This document shows positions 55,346-64,000 of a stretch of DNA of 64,000 nt, in pieces. Numbering within the stretch: the first letter of the stretch is position 1; the number at the start of each line of letters is the position of its first letter. Below the pieces are notes generated by a model. That model searched no databases and was not told where the DNA came from. It saw only the letters and a program-made list of their open reading frames with translations. The translations under genes were made by a program, and so were the position numbers. The stretch is from the human T2T-CHM13v2.0 reference genome, Homo sapiens, in NCBI RefSeq assembly GCF_009914755.1, contig NC_060926.1. One strand, 5' to 3'.

Positions 55346-55560
55346 TCCCTTTAGAACATGTTGACGAACTCTTCATAAGCATAGAAAGAAAGAATCATTG
55401 AGTGCTCAAGTTCATCAATGACTACCCAACCTTCAATGCAATAATGATACTGTAAGACACAGAGTCACTGAACTAACCGGTCAAAATACTGTTAAAGAGA
55501 TTATTTATATTTTATTCAATTATGTGGGGTGTCCCCTATGAGCAAGTGACCTGTCAAAAA

Positions 55561-56391
55561 TTGTTTATTCCCTTAGATGCTTAGTACATTAAAATGCAAA
55601 CTTAAAAATTTTGAAGGGATCAGAAATTCAAGATCTATTTAACACCTACACCAAAGGAGCTATATTTCTCAAAGGAATACATTTTTAAGAATTCTACATT
55701 TAAGTTTGTAAACTACAGAGTCTGACACAACAGTGATACGTTCCACAGAGAGAGAACTTCTGGAATGTTTCGTCCAGTGAGTGTTTTAAAGAGTACCAAT
55801 AAAATGCTAATGAAGGGCCATCAGTTACACTGTATTTCAAATGAAAGATCTGGCACACAGATTTTGCTTTTTATGAGGCTTCTCCTTAAAAACTAATCAA
55901 AGGTAGTATATCTCCATTAAGGTTCAAAATGTTAGGAGAAAGAGATTGGCATGACTGAAAGTCAGCCCACAGCCAGACTGCATGCCTCTTTGGGAAGCTG
56001 GCCTCTTCTGATGCATTCCCAAACTCTTCCTCAGGGCTGGAGCCGTCCTGCTCCCTCAGCTTCAGCAGCACTCAGGCACTCAGTTGCTGGGGAGGAGCCA
56101 TTCCTGACAGAAGAACAAAAAGGGGCAAAAAGCAAATATCAATCAATCATAAAGGTTGCCTTTTGGCTGGGTGCTATAGCTCATGCCTGTAATCCTAGAA
56201 CTTTGGGAGGCTGAGGCGGGAGGACCATCTGAGGTCAGGAGTTTGAGACCCAGAATTCTTAAAAATGTACTCCTTTGAGAAATACAGCTCCTTTGGTGTA
56301 GGTGTTAAAATAAATAGATCTTGCATTTCTGATCCCTTCAAAATTTTTAAGTTTGCATTTTAATGTACTAAGCATCTAAGAGAATAAACAA
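55561..56391. repeat. Long inverted repeat: arms 55561-55695 and 56252-56391, 556-bp spacer
   Basis: Arm 2 is the reverse complement of arm 1 with 4 substitutions and one 5-bp insertion. Confidence 0.97.
56165..56250 (+). mobile_element. Alu left-arm 5' fragment (86 bp)
   Basis: ggctgggtgctatagctcatgcctgtaatcc...gaggtcaggagtttgagacc then an abrupt switch to the inverted arm. Confidence 0.95.
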
Positions 56392-56835
56392 ACTTCGAAG
56401 ATATTATAGCTTGGGAGGCAAGATAAGACAGCTCGGTCAATCTCTGAAATATAAAATTTAAAAGAAGAGATTACATCTATTTGAGAGAAGAGTGGAATAA
56501 TCTACAATTTCAATTGACCAGCATTTAAAAATGTAAATATAATTTGCATCTCAAGATAGTGTCCTTGTTGGGTCAGTAATTTTAGTAAGTTCCTCCCCAC
56601 TTTTAACCTTACGGAAAGTCTGTAAATAACAGTTTTAGCTGAGCTTCAAGACTGTAAGAACTTTTTCAGACTTTGCTCCCTATCTACTTCTCTATTATTG
56701 TTTACTTTCTTCTTGTCTTCCTTTTTTGTCTATTTTCCTGTTCATTAGTTTTTTTCATCTATACTTAGATCATTTGAATAAACAACTAGTTAAATGATGT
56801 GCTTGGTTTTAATGTATTCACTAATTCAACGAATA

Positions 56836-56995
56836 ATAATTTAATATAATAAAGATGATCCAGTGTGATCAGGACTAAGGTAAGAGTAACAAGAGAAATA
56901 GACAAAGTATTTTTCATAATTTAATATAATAAAGATGATCCACTGTGATCAGGACTAAGGTAAGAGTAACCAGAAAAATAGACAAAGTCTTTTTC
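56836..56995. repeat. 80-bp tandem duplication (4 mismatches)
   Basis: ataatttaatataataaagatgatcca.tgtgatcaggactaaggtaagagtaac...gacaaagt.tttttc at 56836 and 56916. Confidence 0.97.
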
Positions 56996-57859
56996 CCCAT
57001 GGAATGTGCATCCACTAACATCCAATGGAGTTAAAGGATGTCTTTCCTTTGTATGTCTATCCAAAAGACTGTCTTTAAATTTACTCAACTTATCCCCAGG
57101 CTCAACAACCCAGGTGAAATTCTGTCATTTCCCCACACACAACCCAGATAGCTGATGTACAGCATGTGTGGAAAAATATCTATAAATACTGAAATGTGGC
57201 CATGATAAAACAGAACACTCAGCATGCAGGAAAGCAGAGTAGATGTAGCTCACACAGGGATGGAGGAACATTGTTTGATTGTTATGTGGAGTACATGAAC
57301 TTGAGCAGTGGAAGGAAATTCAGGACACAGGTCATTGATTACCTTAATACAATGCCAGGTTAAATGATTGAGGAAAAGTCTTAAATCCTTCAGGCTCTTA
57401 AAGAAGAATAGGTAAGAGAGATTTAAAGTAAAATAGAAGAAATTTTAGTGGAATATTTGCAAAAAGATCTGTATTGTCAAGTGCAAGGCATAATTTTTTT
57501 CAAGTGGATCATGCTAAATGGACTTATTAAAAAGAGTGGAATCTTAGCTTTGGTGAGGCTGGTTGGTGAGGACACCCTTGAAAGCCAAGTCTCACTAGAG
57601 TCAAGTCTTACAGCAACCCTGGAATAATAAGTGAGCCATTGACCTTCATGTTCTATCCAATTAGCCAAAACCTTTTAAAATATGTGTGCTATGGAATCAC
57701 CTTTGTATGGAAGGCAAATATCATATGTGCCAATTTGGATGCACAGGCAAGATTGCTAAAGGGGATTAGGGGGTACAGGTCTAAGGGTGTCAGGCAAAAA
57801 ACAATGTGTTCTTACAAAATAATTTGAGTAGTAGAGAGATAGGCTTTTTTCTGGTATGG

Positions 57860-58135
57860 AGGGTTTAAAACTTATTCTTTCTTCACACTTGTACATATTT
57901 TTAAATGTCCAGCTCAGATATTACCTCTTCCACTAAAACTTTAATTCAGCCCAGACTGGATAAAATTTCTAAAGTCTTCTTTCTGTATCACAATATTTTG
58001 CACTTTATTTTTCTACATATATATCTACATATTTCTTTGTAATATGCCATTGATCCTGTGCAAATAGGAATAAATTATTCCTCGTCCTGCTCAGCACTTA
58101 GAACAAGGCAGAGACCCAAACAGACAAAAGGTTGA
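57860..58135 (+). mobile_element. Degenerate L2 3' fragment
   Basis: tccagctcagatattacctcttc, cagcacttagaacaaggc. Confidence 0.5.
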
Positions 58136-60579
58136 AATGTAATGCCTGATGAGTTTGAGATCAGTTGTATAATAACTCTTAGAAAGTCTCTTTCGTTTCA
58201 TGGCCCTCAAAGGAGTGGAGCCCACAGCAGAGCATAATTTGAGCCAGAAGCCCACAGAACTTAGGGTCCAGTGATAAAAGCTTACGGAAGCCGCCACAGG
58301 ACTAACAAATGCTGTAACGGCCTGGGGCCAACCGGAAAAGGGTGTCAGTCAAGGAAGAATGTGTTTTCTCGATTTCTTTCTGTATGTCTGCTTTGGCATA
58401 ATTTAATATGGTTTATTCATCAGAGTGGGCCACTTAGCAGACCACAGCTATAGCCAGATCCAATATCTGTAACGCCATTAACCCCTACTCAAGTGGGAGG
58501 ATACAAGAAGTAAACATGGCATTTTTTTTGTTTGTTTCTGGGATCTCACTGTCCAAAAAAATGTGTATTTGAGAAACAACACAAATAGAGGGTAAATTTT
58601 GTGTATTAATAAAACATATAACTCTGTGACAACCTATTTAATTTTATGAGAAGTTCCTAGTAACATCAAAGCTCTGTAAGATGACCAACTACAGGAAAGG
58701 GTAATAAAAACCAACCATGCTTTTTCCACAGAAGGAAGCTAAGGCAAATATAATCAATGGAATACTATTACTAGTCAACATTTCACACATTCCACATCTA
58801 CTCTACCAAAACTCATAAGTGGTAAGGTTATCTTTCAAATCAGCATCTTCCATTCCAAATGGTTAGGGCATCTTCTAAGGATGCAACCCTTTTGCAACAT
58901 CCAAGGCTCTAAACTGTACATTCCAAAACCGTGCTTCTGAGAAAGCTAATTATATAGTTAAGTAGGACAGACAATGCTAGCATATAAACTGTTTATTTGT
59001 CTTATTTATTTAGGGTTTACAAACATATTATGTCTTTTTCTCAAACCTTAGCATATTAAAATAAATTAAAATACATTGTAAAGGGGATTGGTACGAGCAA
59101 GACAGTAATAGCAATACAAGGCCTCAGTTAACAGTGACAAAAGTGAAATAAAATGTTGCATATGTGCATACCCAGATATGTATGTAAATACTACAAACAG
59201 GAGACACTGCCTTTTAGGTTGCAAACAAGCTGTTTTATATACTGTTATAATATATACCAATTGTCATTCCAAACATGGAAATAACTTGTTCAAATGATGA
59301 CAAAAAGGCACTGACAAAGGTTGACATTGAGTTTGGAATGTCTCATCTAAAATAGACCAGGTAATCGTATTACCTAATTAAGATTTTCATCTAAGTGTTA
59401 GAAGAGCGACAGCAGCAAAAACAAAATGATTGTTTTTTCATGGGATGAGCTCCATTTCTTTGGTAAAACCACTAACACAACAGATAAGTGATATGTAATT
59501 TATTTCAAATTAAAGCTTGATGTTTTAAGAACCAGGCAAACAAATTACAAACAAAAATATGTTGAAATAATATATTTTCAATTGTCTATAAAAATAATGA
59601 ACATTGAGACTATAACAAAGATATTAGCACTGATGATGGGTTAGGATTAGCAATCTACGTCGTTTCCATTGAAAACTCTGCCTAGTTCAAACAGGTCTCC
59701 AGGGTGTGGAGCTGGAAGAAAAGCTTCCCCGAGGCAAGGAACCAGAAATCCAATGGTCCTCTCTTTTATGTTCTCTTTCAGGAAAAAAGATCTCCAGAAT
59801 TTGTTGTGTGTGATTGATATGGCATATTCTTTCTGAGATAGTGGTCTCAGACCATGTGTCACTTATGCATTCATTCACTCAAATATACCTTTCAAGTGAC
59901 TGATTTATGCTGGGGTATGTAACAGGTATAATGTAATAAAAATTTAAATAAGATTTGGACCCATGCTTCCAAGTATGTCTTCTGCACGGATTGCAAGTAT
60001 ATTAATTTAAACATACTGAAAGCACTCTAGATTCAATAACCTACAAATATGTGTAAAGCAATAGCATTATTTTCTGTAATGAATCTTCTTAGGTTTAAAT
60101 CAAAATAGTAACAATAAGAGTGTCAATACAAACATCTGTATATAGGACCTTTTTTTTTAATAGCTATATTATAACATTGGATGAAAGGGCAGAAGCAACA
60201 GAGCTTTCTGATTAGCTAGAAGGGGAAGGCAGAGAACAATGAGAAATGAAATTGTTGCAGATACAGTTAGCAGGGAAAGAGGAATAGATGGCCCCAAAGA
60301 TACACTCTGTCGCCTTCATTATTTTAGGCAACTTGAGCTGAGCATGAATGCACAGCTATGACTTAATTTCTTCACACTTGACTAGATATGCCAAGAAATT
60401 TTGTATATGGGAGTACTATTTTTTTCAACTTCAGAAGTTTCATGGAATTTTGGAAAGAATATAAGCTCAGGAGACAGACCTGAAATTAAATTCTGGTGGC
60501 ACTACTTTCTAAACAAGCAAATTTGGCCAAAATACTTATTTTTTTTCTCGTCTCTAAAATTAGCTACACCATGCCAGTG

Positions 60580-60810
60580 ATAATACTTATGGAAACTTAT
60601 GGCATGCCAGGCACGTCTAAGCACTTTAAGCAAGTCAGTTCATACTTTCTTGCAGTAATGCTATGAAGTAGGTAATATGATCAGTCCTATTTACAGGTAA
60701 GAAAACTGAGTCACAGTGTTTTAAAAGAATATGCCTGAGATCACACACCTAAGATGTATCGGAGCCAAACTGCAATGCCAGGATCACTGGCTCCAAAGCC
60801 CTTGTTTTCA
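60580..60810 (-). mobile_element. MIR
   Basis: tgccaggcacgtctaagcacttta...ctatgaagtaggta...cctatttacaggtaagaaaactgagtcacag...tgcctgagatcacaca...tggctccaaagccc. Confidence 0.85.
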
Positions 60811-60837
60811 GGCATATTGGTAGTTAAAAACCTACCT

Positions 60838-61690
60838 CAACAACAATGAGATATTATAATACACCAATTAGAATGGCTAAAAATTAAAAGTGGCAAAATC
60901 AAATTCTCAAAATAATGCAGAGCAACAAAGCTCTCATTCATTGCTGGCGGGAATACAAAATGGTACAGCCACTTTGGAAAGCAGTTTAGCAATTTCTTAC
61001 AAAGCTAAATATATGCTTACCATAGGATCCAGCAATCAATCACACTCCTAGATGTTTACCCAGATGATTTGAAAATTTATGTTCACACAACACTCTGCAT
61101 ATGAATGCTTATAGCAGCTTTATTCATAATTGCCAAAAATTGGAAGCCACCAACATGCCTTTCAATAAATGAATCGATAAGCATAGGATGGTACATCCAG
61201 ACAATGCAATATTATTTAGCTATAAAAGGAAATGAGACATCAGATCACAGAAAACCATGGAGGAACCTTAGTTGAATATTGATACGTGAAATATGCTAGT
61301 CTAAATATGCTACATATTGTGCTATTCCAACTATATGACATTGTAGGGAAGACAAGCATAGAGAAAGTAGAAATATGAGAGGTGGCCATGGGCCTAGGGA
61401 GTGGGTAGAGCCATTTTGGGACAGTAGAATTACTCTGTATAATACTGCAATGGTGGATACAGGACATTAGGTATTTCTCAACGTCCATAGAATGTACAAC
61501 ACAAAGTGTGAACTTAATGTAAATTATGGACTTTAGTTAATAATAATCTATTAATAGTAGTTCATCAGTTTTAATAAATGTGTGGGTTCAGTATGGGGTG
61601 GAGAGGAGTTATATGGAAGCTTTCTGTACTTACTGTAGAACTTTTCCTAAAACTGCTTGAAAAAATGTCTATTAATTTTTTTAAGCATGA
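60838..61690 (+). mobile_element. L1MC/L1MD-like 3' end
   Basis: ctctcattcattgctggcgggaatacaaaatggtacagccactttggaa, gcagctttattcataattgccaaaaattgga, ccatagaatgtacaacacaaag...tatggactttagttaataat. Confidence 0.9.
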
Positions 61691-63848
61691 AAGAAAAAAT
61701 ATACCTTATAGCATTTTCAGGAGTAATTTGAGTAAGTAACATTGTGCAATACTGAATCCAATGCCTTCCAACTGTTTCAAGGAAGATAGTCTACAGTAGT
61801 CTAAAAAGCCATTTAATATTTTAATAATTACCTAGAAGATGATCTCAGACTGTAAAAGTCTTCCCAAAATGCAAAGTTATCCAGTGTCAACTAGCCAAAT
61901 AGCTGCATGGTTTCCAACTGTACAAGAAAATTAAAGGCAATCTTCTAATGATATTCTGAATATTAGACATAAAGCACTCCTCAAATATTAAAATATTTAA
62001 AAAGCTGAGACTTTTTCCTTTCAGGTCAAATTTATCTTCATGATGCTCTCTCATTAATTGTTTTCTGAACAGCCCAGATGTCTTTATTCAGGGTCTCTGG
62101 ATAGTAATCTTTTCCAGAGCTAAGGGCACTTTGTGTAAAAACAACAAAAAAAGTTTATTTGGTGCTTAGCAAGATTTTATTATCAACCATAGTGTCACCC
62201 TAGGGATAAAAGCATCCAAAAACGTCATCCAATGAACCTTCCTCTTTTCAAATAACACTGTTTATACATTGAATATGAACTCCTTTTTTGTCAATTATAT
62301 CATTATAATCTTATGGTGATTACTAAAATTACCCACTTTTAGGGGTTCATAGCATTGGCAAGATGTGTTCAAAAATAGTGAAATTCGTCTAGTAAAAAAA
62401 AAAGCAATTAAGTCAATATTGCATATAGTATGTACTCAACAAAGTCATTTCCTAATATGGGGATGTGATCATTTCTCACTGAACTTTTAAAATTAATTAT
62501 CCATTATATGTTTAGACAGTACAAAGATTTAAAAAAATGAACAAGAGATGTTTTTTAAACACTGAAGTCTAAAGAGTGCAGTAGGAGGAAAACAATCGGA
62601 AGCTTTTGCATTGTGCTTCTTTTCCCATTTGTAGAATTTGCTCTTTAATGAATTTTTTTTTTTTTAGCACCACGATATCTGGGTTGTTAAAAGGAGGATT
62701 GCTCTATTGCTGTAGGTAGAATTGGCTAACCTATGGGACCTGAAACCAATTCTGTCATTCAGCAGGGAATTCCAGGTCACACAGTTAGAAATAGAGAGGA
62801 TTTCAAAATTGATTATTGAATACCTACATTACTCGGTCTGTGTCATGTGCCAACCCTGACCTTATGCTCCAGTCTTATATCTAGGGATGAGCTCTGTTCT
62901 TTAGAAGCAATCTCTCTGGGTGTTGAAATTAAAACCAAAATGATCACTTGTAAAATTCACAATATCCTTAAAGAATAAACAAGTAAGATCTTCAGCAGGA
63001 ACAAGAAATAGCCCAATTTTTGACATTTAGAAAAAAGAGAAAATTTCCACAAGGGTTTTGGTAAAAGTGTATATGATTTAACTGAGTGAAAATTATCTTC
63101 AGTAAACAAGGCAAAAAATATTTATAGAGCTGCTTCTCTAAGACATCATGCCAAAGTAAAATTCAGTTTAAGTAATTATAGTTGGAGCCAGAATTAAGTG
63201 ATTGGTGTAGTTTTCTGTTGCAATTTTCTCATGATGTAGACTAATCCATGGTTGGGTATTAGAATTAAAAGAATCTCAAATAGCAGCCTTCCTGTTTTTT
63301 TCATGTCTTTTTAAAATATTATTGAGGAGAGGGGAGTAGATGAGAGACAAGGGCAGTGAGAGTTCTTGGATATTTTAGAATTTAATGAAAATTGCGGATG
63401 CTCTCCTCAGATTATATATCTATATATACACACATATATATCCATATATAATATAATACACATATTATATACTATATCTGTACACACAACTCAATTTTTT
63501 TAAATATAATCTCAGGAAATTTAACTTCAGGAGGCCGAATAATGTCTGAAAAGCCTCCATGAAACCTCAAGGAAGCCACAAACTCAAATAGATGAACGCA
63601 AAGAATATTCCTCTGGTAATTTTATATATACCTATATTACTGTCTATCAGTTGTGACTTTTGAAGTTATGGTTTTCAGTGAGTGCCAGATTACTGTCACA
63701 AATATCTAATTTATCATGAACTCTTAATATTGTCTATTTTGGGTCACAGTCTGAATGTGAATGTGCAACCTCATGCATCAGCAGCTAACTAAGGCTGTGG
63801 GAGGCTCTAATGAAAAGAAGAAACTCCCTTTTTGGCATTACAGTTGAA

Positions 63849-63850
<2 letters not shown>

Positions 63851-63890
<40 letters not shown>
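63851..63890. repeat. Perfect (AC)20 microsatellite
   Basis: Uninterrupted AC run. Confidence 0.98.
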
Positions 63891-63893
<3 letters not shown>

Positions 63894-64000
63894 CCGCAAC
63901 TTATGATGGAGTTACATCCTGATAAACTCATCATAAGTTGAAAATACATTTAATACATCTATTGTAGTAGGCATCATACTTAGAGCCTAGCCTACCTTAA
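63891..64000. mobile_element. Tigger-family MITE (MER47/Tigger5-like), cut by the window end
   Basis: gctccgcaacttatgatggagttacatcctgataaactcatcataagttgaaaat...gcctagcctaccttaa. Confidence 0.8.

Noticed and set aside
55561-56391. Inverted repeat as a novel DNA transposon with long TIRs
   Set aside because: No TSD or transposase, and the inner end of arm 2 truncates an Alu, which fits a rearrangement better.

Overview
This window is AT-rich primate (human-like) genomic DNA, not microbial, and is dominated by transposable-element remnants. It holds about a dozen Alu copies or fragments, a near full-length decayed L1 (~26.5-34.2 kb, L1PA17-like 3' end), a 5'-truncated L1PB1-like copy and older L1M pieces. 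It also holds ERVL/MaLR LTRs (MLT2, MLT1, MST), an ERVL integrase fragment, L2/MIR, hAT/Tigger MITE-like elements and microsatellites. I find no supportable host protein-coding exon, RNA gene, CpG island or CRISPR array. The supplied ORFs are Alu/L1/ERV-derived or chance ORFs. I see no evidence of a new biological system. The most unusual directly visible structures are local rearrangement scars: a ~135-bp, ~97%-identical inverted duplication fused to a broken Alu (55.6-56.4 kb), 55/80/120-bp tandem duplications, a ~75-bp dispersed duplicate, an L1 twin-priming inversion and several structurally odd Alus. Family names come from my recall of consensus sequences and need RepeatMasker/Dfam confirmation. 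Boundaries of old elements are approximate.
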